From: Nitrospinales bacterium
GTDB taxonomy: Bacteria; Nitrospinota_A; UBA7883; JACRGQ01
Direction of reading: 5' to 3'
NCBI GenBank assembly: GCA_023248535.1
Contig: JAHFEJ010000004.1
Coordinates: 3,012-67,011 of the forward strand
DNA length: 64,000 nt
The notes beneath the pieces were generated by a model that had not been told where the DNA came from, searched no databases, and worked only from the letters and a program-made list of their open reading frames with translations. Of this stretch, positions 38,569-47,455 are shown one piece after another; position 1 is the first letter of the stretch; every line of letters begins with the position of its first letter. Made by a program: the position numbers and the translations under genes.

Positions 38569-40182
38569 TTACGCCTGTTTGGCCCGCTTGAGCCAACTGC
38601 GCAGCAATTCAGCCGCCTGCTCCGGATTGCTGGATATAAGATCGGTCACCCGTTTGCGGTAATCGATTACCTCATTTTCTTTGGCTCCCATCAAACCGGA
38701 AAGCTCCTTTTCCATCTGCGAAACCGTCTGCGGGAAGGTGCGCAGTTCTTCCACTTCCTTGGTGGAAGTGGCCAGCCAGCGCGAAACCGGCCTCAGGAGG
38801 AACAGGAACAGTATCACGCCCGCGATGGCGTACCCGGCGTACTTGATACCGGTCATCATCAACTCCTGCTTGGATTCGGTGTCAAGCCGTTCAGCCTCCG
38901 CCATCAAAGCGGTTTCCTCGAACTGCATGCTTTCTACCGTCACGTTATCCTGCCGGTTCCCCTCGAAACCGATAGCGGAGCGTACCAGTCCCGCGATACG
39001 CTCTTTTTCTTCGTTGACCAGCGGCGTGAACTCGCGTGTCACCTTACCGTCAGCCCCCTTGGTTTCCTTGTATTTTCCATCCACCATCACGGCGACGGAA
39101 AGCTTTTTCACCTGCATGGCAGGTTCCACCACCGTCTTCACCACTTTGTTGATCTCGTAGTTGACGGTTTCCTGCGTTTTGGTCGACTCGGCCGGTTTGC
39201 CGATGATCTGTCCCGCCTCGCCGCTTTCCGGAATGTTGCTCGATACGCCGGCCACCCCCGCGGGCATCGCCGGGCCGGTGTTCTTTTCCTCCACCCGGTG
39301 CTCGCTGCGGGCCACCTGGCTCTCCGGGTCATACAGCTCTTCAGTGCGCTGTTCCTGCTTGAAATCGATGGCCGCCGACACGCGGATGATCGCCTTGCCG
39401 TTGCCCACCACATGCTCAAGCATGGTCCGCACCCGCTTTTCAACATCGTTTTCATAATTGCGGCGCATATCCATTTGCCGGTTTGACAGCTTGGTCATTT
39501 CGTCCCCGTCTTCGTCCGGCACGGTCAGAATGGTGCCGTGACTGTCCACGATGGTGACATCGGAGGGACTCAGCCCTTCAATGGATGACGAAACAAGGTG
39601 GGCCATTCCCTCCACCTGCGATTTGTTCAGTTTTCCGTTCCCCCTCAGCTTTAGCACCACCGAGGCGGTCGGCTTCTGCTTATCCTCCTCGAAAAGCGAC
39701 TTGTTGGGGATGGAGATATGCACGCGGGAACTTTGCACCGCCGCGATGGAATTAATGGTTCGCTGCAATTCCCCTTGCAGGGCACGGCGGTAATTCAGTT
39801 TTTGAACGAATTCGGTCATGCCGAAGGTGGTTTTGTCGAACAGCTCGAATCCGACGCCGCCCCCCGAGGGTATCCCTTCGCCCGCAAGCTCAAGCCGGAG
39901 CTGATAGACGTCTTTGCCCGGCACGCTGACCGCCGTACCGCCGCTTTCCAGCTTGTACATTATCTTGCGGGTCTTCAGCTTTTCGGTGACGGCGAGGGCG
40001 TCTTCCTGCGAAAGGTTCGCATAGAGGACGCTGTAGTCCTCACCGCTGGAAAGATAGCTCGTGACCAAAATGCCGGCGGCCAGCAGGATGCCGAATCCGA
40101 CCAGGGCGATCTTCTTCCCCGTCGGCATATTGTTGAACAACACGGCCAGTTGTCCAAACGCGTTTTTTAGCTGATCAAACAT
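38569..40182 (-). CDS. fliF: Flagellar MS-ring protein FliF
   Basis: 537 aa with N-terminal TM, YscJ/FliF family periplasmic domains and a C-terminal TM + FliG-binding tail. Confidence 0.92.
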   Translation of the reverse strand: MFDQLKNAFGQLAVLFNNMPTGKKIALVGFGILLAAGILVTSYLSSGEDYSVLYANLSQEDALAVTEKLKTRKIMYKLESGGTAVSVPGKDVYQLRLELAGEGIPSGGGVGFELFDKTTFGMTEFVQKLNYRRALQGELQRTINSIAAVQSSRVHISIPNKSLFEEDKQKPTASVVLKLRGNGKLNKSQVEGMAHLVSSSIEGLSPSDVTIVDSHGTILTVPDEDGDEMTKLSNRQMDMRRNYENDVEKRVRTMLEHVVGNGKAIIRVSAAIDFKQEQRTEELYDPESQVARSEHRVEEKNTGPAMPAGVAGVSSNIPESGEAGQIIGKPAESTKTQETVNYEINKVVKTVVEPAMQVKKLSVAVMVDGKYKETKGADGKVTREFTPLVNEEKERIAGLVRSAIGFEGNRQDNVTVESMQFEETALMAEAERLDTESKQELMMTGIKYAGYAIAGVILFLFLLRPVSRWLATSTKEVEELRTFPQTVSQMEKELSGLMGAKENEVIDYRKRVTDLISSNPEQAAELLRSWLKRAKQA

Positions 40183-40221
40183 TCCCGCCTCCCGTCACTT
40201 CCATGTCACCCATATCCCCGT

Positions 40222-40650
40222 TTACCGATTTCCAATATCGATGGCTTTCTGCGCCATCGTTTTCACCGTGTTGATCACCGCCGCGTTCGCCTCGTAGGCG
40301 CGCGTGGCGGAAAGCATGTCCACCATCTCCTTCATTACATTCACGTTGGGCATGCTCACATACCCGTTCACGTCGGCATCGGGATGGCTGGGATCGTACA
40401 CCTTCTGAAACTCCCCCCGGTCTTCCTGAACGGCGACCACGGTCGGCTGCGAAACCGAATCCGCCAACGCCTTGCCGAATCCGCCTTCAAGGGGCGTGGC
40501 GGCCAACACTACTTCCTTGCGCCGGTAGGGGCCGCCTTCCGGCGTGCGGGTGGTATTCACGTTGGCTAGATTGCTGCTCACCACATTCATCCGGGTGCGC
40601 TGCGCGCTCAGGCCCGCCGCTCCAACTTTCATTGCCGACATTAAATCCAT
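40222..40650 (-). CDS. flgC: Flagellar basal-body rod protein FlgC
   Basis: 142 aa; N-terminal rod motif SAQRTRMNVVSSNLANVNTTRTPEGGPYRRKEVV and C-terminal AYEANAAVINTVKTMAQKAIDIG. Confidence 0.92.
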   Translation of the reverse strand: MDLMSAMKVGAAGLSAQRTRMNVVSSNLANVNTTRTPEGGPYRRKEVVLAATPLEGGFGKALADSVSQPTVVAVQEDRGEFQKVYDPSHPDADVNGYVSMPNVNVMKEMVDMLSATRAYEANAAVINTVKTMAQKAIDIGNR

Positions 40651-40666
40651 GGCGTCACTCCTTTAA

Positions 40667-41077
40667 TTATTGCGCCGAAAGCGATATCGCGCTTTTCAAA
40701 AGACCCAACTGTTTGTTCGTGATCGTGGCGTAGGTGGAGTAATTAATGTTCATCTCCGCCATCCGCGTTATTTCCCGTTCCAAATCCACCGTGTTGCCAT
40801 CCAGCCGCGCCGAAGAACCGCTCGCCGTCATCGACGGCGTTACTTTTAAGATGTCGGTTACCGGTAAATGCCCCGGATGCGTTCTCACCATTCCCCCTTT
40901 AGCCGGGGTTTTCAGCGCTTCGGCCATGGCCCCTTCAAAACTTACTTCTTGGGCCTTGTAGCCTGGAGTGGCGCTGTTGGCAATATTCGCCGCAGTCTGC
41001 GATGCTGAAGCGGATACGAAGTCGAGCGAACGGCTCGCCAGCTCCAATCCGTTTGTCGTCAAACCAAATATTTTCAT
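40667..41077 (-). CDS. flgB: Flagellar basal-body rod protein FlgB
   Basis: Starts MKIFGLTTNGLELASRSLDFVSASASQTAANIANSATPGYKAQEVSFE (ATG at 41077; longer ORF call rejected); C-terminal ITRMAEMNINYSTYATITNKQ. Confidence 0.88.
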   Translation of the reverse strand: MKIFGLTTNGLELASRSLDFVSASASQTAANIANSATPGYKAQEVSFEGAMAEALKTPAKGGMVRTHPGHLPVTDILKVTPSMTASGSSARLDGNTVDLEREITRMAEMNINYSTYATITNKQLGLLKSAISLSAQ

Positions 41078-41253
41078 GGCGTCAAAATTCCCTACACAAT
41101 ATTTTTGCCTAACCTCTATAGAGCAAACGCCATGCCGCAAACCGCAACTGCCGGTTTTTGCTCTATTTCCACACTTCCATCAATTCCATGTCCCCGAAAA
41201 CTAACTCCAACGTCAAAAAATGTAATCCTCAAACATCATTAAGTAGGGAAACA

Positions 41254-41268
41254 GCAAATGCCGAGCCA
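41254..41268 (-). promoter_or_regulatory. Candidate sigma54 (-24/-12) promoter for the flgB operon: TGGCTC-N5-TTGC
   Basis: Minus-strand TGGCTCGGCATTTGC with exact consensus spacing and the conserved GG/GC dinucleotides, ~175 nt upstream of the flgB ATG. Confidence 0.35.
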
Positions 41269-41511
41269 CGGAATATTGACGGGCAAGCACCTTTTCCTAG
41301 ATGACAACGACTCTCATAGGCTAGAGGTCAAGGATGAATCCCATAGGCAATGGGAAATTATGGAAAATGGCAAATTTTTTCCGATTTACGATTTTCATAT
41401 CGGCAAAAGGAGGCAAATTCTGCCGGACAAGGGATGGAATGGCTAGGAACTTTATGCACTGCGGGACAGTACGCAAGTAACATCTCTTTTATTATCAGAT
41501 ATTTATCTCCA

Positions 41512-41527
41512 TGGCACAGCTCTTGTA
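41512..41527 (+). promoter_or_regulatory. Candidate sigma54-like promoter for fliK-flgD-flgE: TGGCAC-N5-TTGTA
   Basis: TGGCACAGCTCTTGTA ~43 nt upstream of the fliK ATG; -24 element perfect, -12 element has GT instead of GC. Confidence 0.3.
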
Positions 41528-41569
41528 ATTTTCCATCGGTGAACAGGAAGTAAAACTTTAGAGGTAAAT

Positions 41570-43189
41570 ATGAAAGTAGAAATGAAAAAGGCGACAGACG
41601 TAACCCAAACAGCGGGAACCGGAGCGGCAGTGGTGATGGGAGCTTCCGGGTTGGCGGGGGCCGGCGCATTTGCCACCTTGCTCAGCACCTTTACCGCCGG
41701 CGATGCGAAACAGACGGCATTGCAATCCGCCGATTTTCATTCCGCAAAAAAGAATGCTGATGCTCCGATAGCCGCGCGAAACACCGAATCAAATACCTTT
41801 AAATCGAATGCCGTTAAAGAGGCCTCACAAAAATATGAGAAGACCGCGGCAAAAGCGGCGGCGAAGGCTGAAACCTCCAACACCAATACCGGCAACACCG
41901 GCAGCGTTTCAGCGGCCAAGGCGGTAAACAGCGAATCCAACGAATCAAATGAAAACGATGCCGATGCGGACAACGCGGCCAAAACAGAGACGAAGGGCAC
42001 CGCCGCCCAAGCCGCCAAGGCTCCGCAGAGCGAACAGGCGCCTGATCAAGCACAACCGCCGATGAAGATGGAAGATGTCATTAAAGCGTTAAACCTCAAC
42101 GATCAGCAGGTGCAGCAGTTGGCGCAGGCGCTCAACATCAGCGCGGCCGATCTGAAGCAGATGCAGATCGCCGTCAAGGCGGACGGGCAGACAGGGGGGG
42201 CGCAACTGACCGCCCTGATGGCGGATGGCAAGGAACAGAACCTTTCTGCGATGCTTGGCATGAATTCCGCCGATGGCAAGGCGGCTCCGGCACAGGCGGT
42301 CATGGATAAAATCGCGGGCATCCTGAACCTGGACAACAGCCAAAAACAGGACTTTTTCGCGCAACTTAACATTTCCTCCTTTTCATCCAATTCGTCCGAC
42401 GGTGTCAAGACCGCCAACGGCGACATAGCCCTCAAAAACTCCAACGCAGCCAAACAGGCCGATCAGATACAACCTTCCGCCAACAACGCCACCGCCATCG
42501 AGACGGGCAACACCGCGGTACAGAATGCGGCACAACCCGAGAACAACGGCAACGGCGGCAACTCCTTCAACGGAGAGGCGGGCACGCAGATCGCCGCGAC
42601 AGCACAAAAAGACGGCGCGGTAACGGAACAGTCCCAGAAAACGGATTTCAGCGCCGCCCTCGGCAAAGCGGGCGAAGCCGCCGGCGCCGCCGCCACGCAA
42701 GGGACGAAAACCACGGCGGTTCACGCCGCGGCGCAGACGTTGGCGGCTGAAACGGCCAAACCCGACGCCAAGGTTATGAACCAGATCGTGGAAAAGGCGA
42801 CCATACTCCAGTTCCCCAACGCCACGCAGACCAAGATCAGCCTGAACCCCAAAGAACTCGGCAACGTGGACATAAAGTTGACGATGCACGACTCGTCGGT
42901 GACGGCGAGCATCGTGGTGGAAAACAGCGCTGTCAAGCAGGTGGTTGAGCAGAACCTCGACCAGCTCAAGAACGCGCTGCACCAGCAGGGGATCACCGTG
43001 GACGAGATGATGGTCTCTGTCGGCCAGCAGAACGGCGGCAACGCGCAGAATTCAAACCAGTCCCAGCGTGAAGCGGCGGCCAACGCCCCCTTCACCGGAA
43101 CCGCCCAGCGTGCGCCCGAACCCGCGGCCGTCAGCCCGGCGTTCATGCGCCGCCCGATCGGCAACCACCGGGTCAGCGTCACGGCATAA
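41570..43189 (+). CDS. fliK: Flagellar hook-length control protein FliK-like
   Basis: 539 aa; low-complexity Ala/Gln/Asn-rich central region; C-terminal Flg_hook domain (TKISLNPKELGNVDIKLTMHDSSVTASIVVENSAVKQVVEQNLDQLKNALHQQGI). Confidence 0.8.
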   Translation: MKVEMKKATDVTQTAGTGAAVVMGASGLAGAGAFATLLSTFTAGDAKQTALQSADFHSAKKNADAPIAARNTESNTFKSNAVKEASQKYEKTAAKAAAKAETSNTNTGNTGSVSAAKAVNSESNESNENDADADNAAKTETKGTAAQAAKAPQSEQAPDQAQPPMKMEDVIKALNLNDQQVQQLAQALNISAADLKQMQIAVKADGQTGGAQLTALMADGKEQNLSAMLGMNSADGKAAPAQAVMDKIAGILNLDNSQKQDFFAQLNISSFSSNSSDGVKTANGDIALKNSNAAKQADQIQPSANNATAIETGNTAVQNAAQPENNGNGGNSFNGEAGTQIAATAQKDGAVTEQSQKTDFSAALGKAGEAAGAAATQGTKTTAVHAAAQTLAAETAKPDAKVMNQIVEKATILQFPNATQTKISLNPKELGNVDIKLTMHDSSVTASIVVENSAVKQVVEQNLDQLKNALHQQGITVDEMMVSVGQQNGGNAQNSNQSQREAAANAPFTGTAQRAPEPAAVSPAFMRRPIGNHRVSVTA

Positions 43190-43200
43190 GGAGAAAAACC

Positions 43201-43947
43201 ATGATAGTAAATTCAAGCGCTGAAACCACCGCGACGCCGCAGAAGGCGGCGGCCGGAAGCCTGCTTCCCGGCGGCAAAGCCGCCACTTCCCAGGGAACCT
43301 TGAGCAAGGATCAGTTTCTGAAGCTGCTCATCGAACAGTTGAAGCACCAGGATCCGCTCTCCCCGATGCAAAACACCGAGTTCACCTCGCAGATGGCGCA
43401 GTTCAGCCAGCTTGAACAGCTCTACAACGTGAACACAAGCCTGGGCACGATGGCGCAAGCAAGCGTTTCCGCAAACAACGCCCAGTCGTTGAGCCTGATC
43501 GGCAAGGAAGTGAAAGCGGCCGGCAACAGCATCGAGGTGAAGAACGGCGCCGCAAGCGACATGGCCTTCAACCTGCCGGAAGCCGCCTCCGACGCCTCGG
43601 TCACCGTCAGCGACGCGAAGGGCAACGTGGTCGCCACCATCGACGCAGGCGCGAAAGCAAGCGGCGACAACACGGTGGCGTGGGACGGCCGCGACGCGGC
43701 GGGCCAGCCGGTGGCCTCGGGCACTTATACCTTCAGCGTGAACGCGCACAACCTGGCGGGGAACAGCATCACCGCCTCCACCTACATGAGGGGCGTCGTG
43801 AAATCGGTGAGCATTCAAAACGGGGTGTCATACCTGAACCTCGGCAACAACATAAAGATTCAGTTGGGCGACGTCATGGAGGTCAGCCAGCCAGGCACGG
43901 CGACAACCTCCGCGGCGGTAAAGAACTTGGGCATTTTTTCGTATTAA
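43201..43947 (+). CDS. flgD: Flagellar hook assembly/capping protein FlgD
   Basis: N-terminal FlgD motif LSKDQFLKLLIEQLKHQDPLSPMQNTEFTSQMAQFSQLEQL; C-terminal FlgD Ig-like/Tudor region. Confidence 0.92.
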   Translation: MIVNSSAETTATPQKAAAGSLLPGGKAATSQGTLSKDQFLKLLIEQLKHQDPLSPMQNTEFTSQMAQFSQLEQLYNVNTSLGTMAQASVSANNAQSLSLIGKEVKAAGNSIEVKNGAASDMAFNLPEAASDASVTVSDAKGNVVATIDAGAKASGDNTVAWDGRDAAGQPVASGTYTFSVNAHNLAGNSITASTYMRGVVKSVSIQNGVSYLNLGNNIKIQLGDVMEVSQPGTATTSAAVKNLGIFSY

Positions 43948-43962
43948 ACAAGGAGGCAGATC

Positions 43963-45210
43963 ATGAGTTTAAACAGTGCAATGTATTCCGGGGTCAGCGG
44001 CATTATGACGCTGGGCAACGCCATGAACGTGACGGGCGACAACATCGCCAACGTCAACACGGTCGGCTACAAGGGGAGCCGCACGATGTTCTCGGACATC
44101 CTGTCCAATTCGCTTTCCAACGGCTCCACCACCATGCAGATGGGGCGCGGCACCTTTTTGAGCGGCGTCACCCCCTCGTGGTCGCAGGGGTCCTTTGAAA
44201 GCACCGCCAACGCCACCGACATGGCGCTGCAAGGCTCCGGCTTTTTCATGGTGAAAGACCCCGTCAACAACGCCAAGTTCTACACCCGTTCCGGCCAGTT
44301 CACCCTTAACAACCAGGGGCAACTGGTCAACGGCAACGGGATGAACGTGCAGGGGTATCAGGTAACCAGCACCGTGAACGGCGCGGTGAACACCAACGGC
44401 CAGATCAGCAACATCAACATCGGCGGCGTGCAGTCGGTGCCCAAGGCCACCACGCAGTTCCGCATCGGCGCGAACCTCAACGCCGCGGCCAGCGCCAACG
44501 CCACGTTCGCCACCAGCTTCGACGTGTACAACAACCTCGGCGGCCGCGTGACGCTGACCTACAGCTTCACGAAAAGCCCCCTGGCCCCGCTGACGTGGAA
44601 CTACACGGTCGCAGCCTCTTCCGGCACGATAACCACCGGCGGCGCGGGCGCCATGACCTTCAACTCCTCCGGCCAGATGGTGACACCGGCGGCAAACCCC
44701 GCGCTTTCCATCACCGGCTTCCCCACCGGCGCCGCGCCCCTGACGATGAACTGGACGCTCTTCAACCCGGTTGGCGGCGCGCTTTACGGCGACATCACCA
44801 GCTACAACGCCGGATCGACCACGACCTCGATCATCCAGGACGGCTACTCGACCGGCACGCTGAAGGGCCTCTCGGTCGACGGCAAGGGGGTCATCAGCGG
44901 CCTCTTCTCCAACGGCCAAACGCAGGCGCTCTACCAGTTGGCGATAGCCGACTTCGCCAGCCCCTGGGGCCTCAGCCGCCAGGGGGGCAGCATGTACGCC
45001 GAAACCATGCAGTCGGGCCAGCCGTTGCTGGGCACCGCCGGATCGGGCGGACTGGGCACCGTGCTCGGCAGTTCGCTGGAGCTTTCCAACGTCGACCTCG
45101 CCAGCGAGTTCGTGAAAATGATCCAGAACCAGCGCGGCTACCAGGCGAACTCGCGCATCATCACCACGGTGGACGAGATGATGACCGAAGCGGTGAACCT
45201 GAAACGGTAA
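43963..45210 (+). CDS. flgE: Flagellar hook protein FlgE
   Basis: 415 aa; N-terminal rod/hook heptad region (MSLNSAMYSGVSGIMTLGNAMNVTGDNIANVNTVGYKG) and C-terminal LSNVDLASEFVKMIQNQRGYQANSRIITTVDEMM. Confidence 0.92.
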   Translation: MSLNSAMYSGVSGIMTLGNAMNVTGDNIANVNTVGYKGSRTMFSDILSNSLSNGSTTMQMGRGTFLSGVTPSWSQGSFESTANATDMALQGSGFFMVKDPVNNAKFYTRSGQFTLNNQGQLVNGNGMNVQGYQVTSTVNGAVNTNGQISNINIGGVQSVPKATTQFRIGANLNAAASANATFATSFDVYNNLGGRVTLTYSFTKSPLAPLTWNYTVAASSGTITTGGAGAMTFNSSGQMVTPAANPALSITGFPTGAAPLTMNWTLFNPVGGALYGDITSYNAGSTTTSIIQDGYSTGTLKGLSVDGKGVISGLFSNGQTQALYQLAIADFASPWGLSRQGGSMYAETMQSGQPLLGTAGSGGLGTVLGSSLELSNVDLASEFVKMIQNQRGYQANSRIITTVDEMMTEAVNLKR

Positions 45211-45226
45211 ATAAGATAACGTAAAT

Positions 45227-45248
45227 CCCGCCGGTGTTCCGGCGGGAA
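45227..45248 (+). terminator. Terminator-like hairpin after flgE (no clear U-tract)
   Basis: CCCGCCGG-TGTT-CCGGCGGG 8-bp GC stem 17 nt after the flgE stop; lacks a T-run, so it may be rho-assisted or only an RNA end structure. Confidence 0.25.
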
Positions 45249-45562
45249 CGTTGAAGGATAACGATGTACATAAGGAGTGTTAGCACGGTCAAGCATTTTT
45301 CGCCTCCTTGTTTCGACCGGCGCCTTTAAACACTGCGTCCTGTTCAACCCCCGCCGGGATTAACCCCCCGGCGGGGGCAAAAAATGAGCGGATGAAATTT
45401 AGAAGCAAGCGTTTTTGAAATTGGAAGTTAAGAAGGGAACCGCCGTTTTCGCCTCCTTGTTTATACGGCGCGCGTCCTTTTAACTGCGTCAAAATGCCCG
45501 GCCGGCAGCCTACCGGCCGGGCGCCCAAATCCCCCCTCTTCCCCTTCCCCCTGTCAGAAGTG

Positions 45563-45657
45563 AACCACAGAGCAACAGAGACACGGAGAGGACTGTTTGG
45601 GGTAATAAACAACGAAAAAAAGATTTTTCTGCCCTGTGCCTCTGCGTCTCTGTGGTT
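45563..45657. repeat. Long imperfect hairpin repeat, family B, copy 1
   Basis: AACCACAGAGCAACAGAGACACGGAGAGG ...~40-nt A/T-rich loop... CCTCTGCGTCTCTGTGGTT; related copy at 60744-60846. Confidence 0.5.
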
Positions 45658-45670
45658 ATCTCCATATTCC

Positions 45671-45821
45671 CCGGTGGGTGCAGGTTCTCAACATATACAT
45701 CGGCCCGGCGGGCTTGGAGAGTTGCCGCTGGCGCGGCAATGTCACACAGGAATGTGAGACCTGCTTCCCATGGTGGGACACGCATTCTTGCGTGTCATCG
45801 GCCCGGCGGGCCGATTGCGAT
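45671..45821. repeat. REP-like palindrome cluster
   Basis: Successive GC-rich palindromes GGCCCGGCGGGC, GCCGCTGGCGCGGCAA, GACACGCATTCTTGCGTGTC, GGCCCGGCGGGCC sharing motifs with the RAYT-flanking REPs. Confidence 0.5.
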
Positions 45822-45994
45822 GTCATCCCGCACTTGATGCGGGATCCAGAAACATTATCAAAGCTTCCCCCATCGGCCCGCCGGGCCGACGTTCCCTTGG
45901 CGCGGTGCGCCAATGTACCCAATAAATTATGTACCTACCGGGAGGGGGAAAGTTTGGACAATATTTCTGGGTGCCGGGTCAAGCCCGGCATGAC
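45822..45994. mobile_element. MITE-like element, family A, complete copy (two ~45-bp hairpin TIRs flanking a REP-palindrome core)
   Basis: Left TIR GTCATCCCGCACTTGATGCGGGATCCAGAAACATTATCAAAGCTTCC; right TIR (reverse complement) GTCATGCCGGGCTTGACCCGGCACCCAGAAATATTGTCCAAACTTTCC; core GGCCCGCCGGGCC / TTGGCGCGGTGCGCCAA / GTACCCAATAAATTATGTACC. Confidence 0.6.
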
Positions 45995-46042
45995 AGAGAA
46001 GGAATTGGCGCCGCATTGCCAACTGCCTCGATACCCGTTATA

Positions 46043-46339
46043 ATGGGAGCCGTGATAAAGTCGTTTGCCGGCAAAATGACCCGGAAGCTTTTCGAGGAAG
46101 GAAAGGCCGAAGGTCATTTACGGGCAATCGAGGCGGCGGCGAAAAGAAAGCTCGCCATGCTTCACTTTGCGCGGCGGCTTGCCGACTTGCGCGTGCCGCC
46201 GGGAAACAGGCTGGAAGCCCTTAAAGGCGGCAGAAAAGGACAATTCAGCATCAGGATAAACGACCAATATCGAATCTGCTTTCGTTTTGATGAAGGAGAA
46301 GGCAATGCTTACGATGTTGAAATCACCGATTATCATTAA
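46043..46339 (+). CDS. higB: HigB-like toxin (plasmid-maintenance killer protein, RelE/ParE superfamily)
   Basis: 98 aa MGAVIKSFAGKMTRKLFEEGKAEG...NRLEALKGGRKGQFSIRINDQYRICFRFDEGEGNAYDVEITDYH matches the HigB/killer family (FKxxxxxKxF ... RLEALKG...QFSIRINDQYRICFRF...DVEI.DYH). Confidence 0.85.
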   Translation: MGAVIKSFAGKMTRKLFEEGKAEGHLRAIEAAAKRKLAMLHFARRLADLRVPPGNRLEALKGGRKGQFSIRINDQYRICFRFDEGEGNAYDVEITDYH

Positions 46340-46351
46340 GGAAATGAAGCC

Positions 46352-46651
46352 ATGAGCGGTATTGGATACGCCATTGAACATCCGGGGGCGGTGCTGTGGG
46401 AGGAGTACCTTCAGCCGATGGGGATAACCCAAAGCCGCTTCGCGCGGGAGATCGCCATCAGCTTTACGCGAGCCAACGAACTGATAAACGGGAAACGGGG
46501 CTTTACGCCCGATACCGCCCTGCGGGTGGCGAAATATCTGGGCACGTCGCCGGAATTCTGGATGAACTGGCAAGCGGCCTACGATCTCCAGCGCGCCCGC
46601 AAAGAGCACGCCGGCGACTATCGCAAAATAAAAACCGTCACCGCCGCGTAA
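46352..46651 (+). CDS. higA: HigA-family antitoxin (XRE-type HTH)
   Basis: 99 aa; IEHPGAVLWEEYLQPMGITQSRFAREIAISFTRANELINGKRGFTPDTALRVAKYLGTSPEFWMNWQAAYDL is the canonical HigA/VapI HTH antidote pattern; 12 nt after higB. Confidence 0.85.
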   Translation: MSGIGYAIEHPGAVLWEEYLQPMGITQSRFAREIAISFTRANELINGKRGFTPDTALRVAKYLGTSPEFWMNWQAAYDLQRARKEHAGDYRKIKTVTAA

Positions 46652-46770
46652 CCCTCCATCGGCCCGCCGGGCCGATTGTCTTGGTAGGTGCGACATTCCT
46701 GTCGCACATTGGCGCAACGCGCCAACCGTGTCGGCCCAATGGGCCGATGTACCCAATGAATTGGGTACCC
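46652..46770. repeat. REP-like palindrome cluster abutting the higA stop
   Basis: GGCCCGCCGGGCC, GTGCGACATTCCTGTCGCAC, TTGGCGCAACGCGCCAA, GGCCCAATGGGCC, GTACCCAATGAATTGGGTAC: the same palindrome types as in the RAYT-flanking arrays. Confidence 0.55.
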
Positions 46771-46780
46771 ACCGGGAAAG

Positions 46781-46810
46781 GCAGGGGCAGGTTTGAAACC
46801 TGCCCGTACA
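46781..46810. repeat. Palindrome GGGCAGGTTTGAAACCTGCCC (copy 1; second copy at 47939-47967)
   Basis: Near-identical 25-29-bp hairpin plus flank (…CCCGTACA(A)GCATCCG) present twice, bracketing the low-GC cassette. Confidence 0.45.
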
Positions 46811-46837
46811 GCATCCGGTCCACCAAGAACAAGAAAG

Positions 46838-46864
46838 GGCCGGCCTGGCGGGCCGCTTTTCTTC
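46838..46864 (+). terminator. Possible rho-independent terminator (GGGCCGGCC-loop-GGCCGC + TTTTCTT)
   Basis: GC-rich stem followed by a T-rich run ~190 nt downstream of higA; weak assignment. Confidence 0.3.
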
Positions 46865-47185
46865 GTGGCACGATCCGGCTTTGCCCGAGAGAACGCGGAT
46901 CGCATATTCAGGGTTATACCCGCAATTGACCTGAAATTCCGACAGTATCCCCGCCCCTTCTTCTTCCCCTCTGCCTGCCGGCACCGCTCCCGGATCGCCA
47001 CAAAGTATTCTTTCCGCTATACTTTCCCCATTTTCCGCGTTCCTTTTGGTTACATTTAATATGAGGCAATTCGTAGTATAAATAAACCAGCTATTTGACA
47101 TCTCAAAAAGTAGCATTCCGAGGTACAATCAACATAATCTAAAGAGTCTCTGCTCTTCCTTTGATTTCATCGGAGGTGTCTGATC

Positions 47186-47455
47186 TTGAACAAATTCAAC
47201 GTTAAGAAGACAGCGAAAGATGACCTACTGAACATTCCCAACGTACATTCTCATCCGGGAATTCAATTTCCCCTCCTTGTAGAGCCTGTAGCGAACTCGA
47301 TTACATGCTTATTTGAAAGCCAGCACCACTATAACAACGGGGTGAACGTACTGCATGACAACACCAGCCGGGCAGGTGTTGAAGGCGCCGCTATCCAATT
47401 GCTCACGCTGACATCTTTTCCTTCCGAAGTGGTGGCGTATGAGCCTAAACAATAA
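47186..47455 (+). CDS. Hypothetical small protein in the low-GC cassette
   Basis: TTG start 9 nt after GGAGG; ORF lies entirely in ~45% GC DNA; no recognised domain. Confidence 0.3.
   Translation: MNKFNVKKTAKDDLLNIPNVHSHPGIQFPLLVEPVANSITCLFESQHHYNNGVNVLHDNTSRAGVEGAAIQLLTLTSFPSEVVAYEPKQ

Noticed and set aside
46118-47128. 336-aa minus-strand ORF spanning higBA and the repeat region
   Set aside because: Runs antisense through two well-supported TA genes and through REP/MITE repeats. Translation is low-complexity. Artefact of stop-codon-poor GC-rich DNA.
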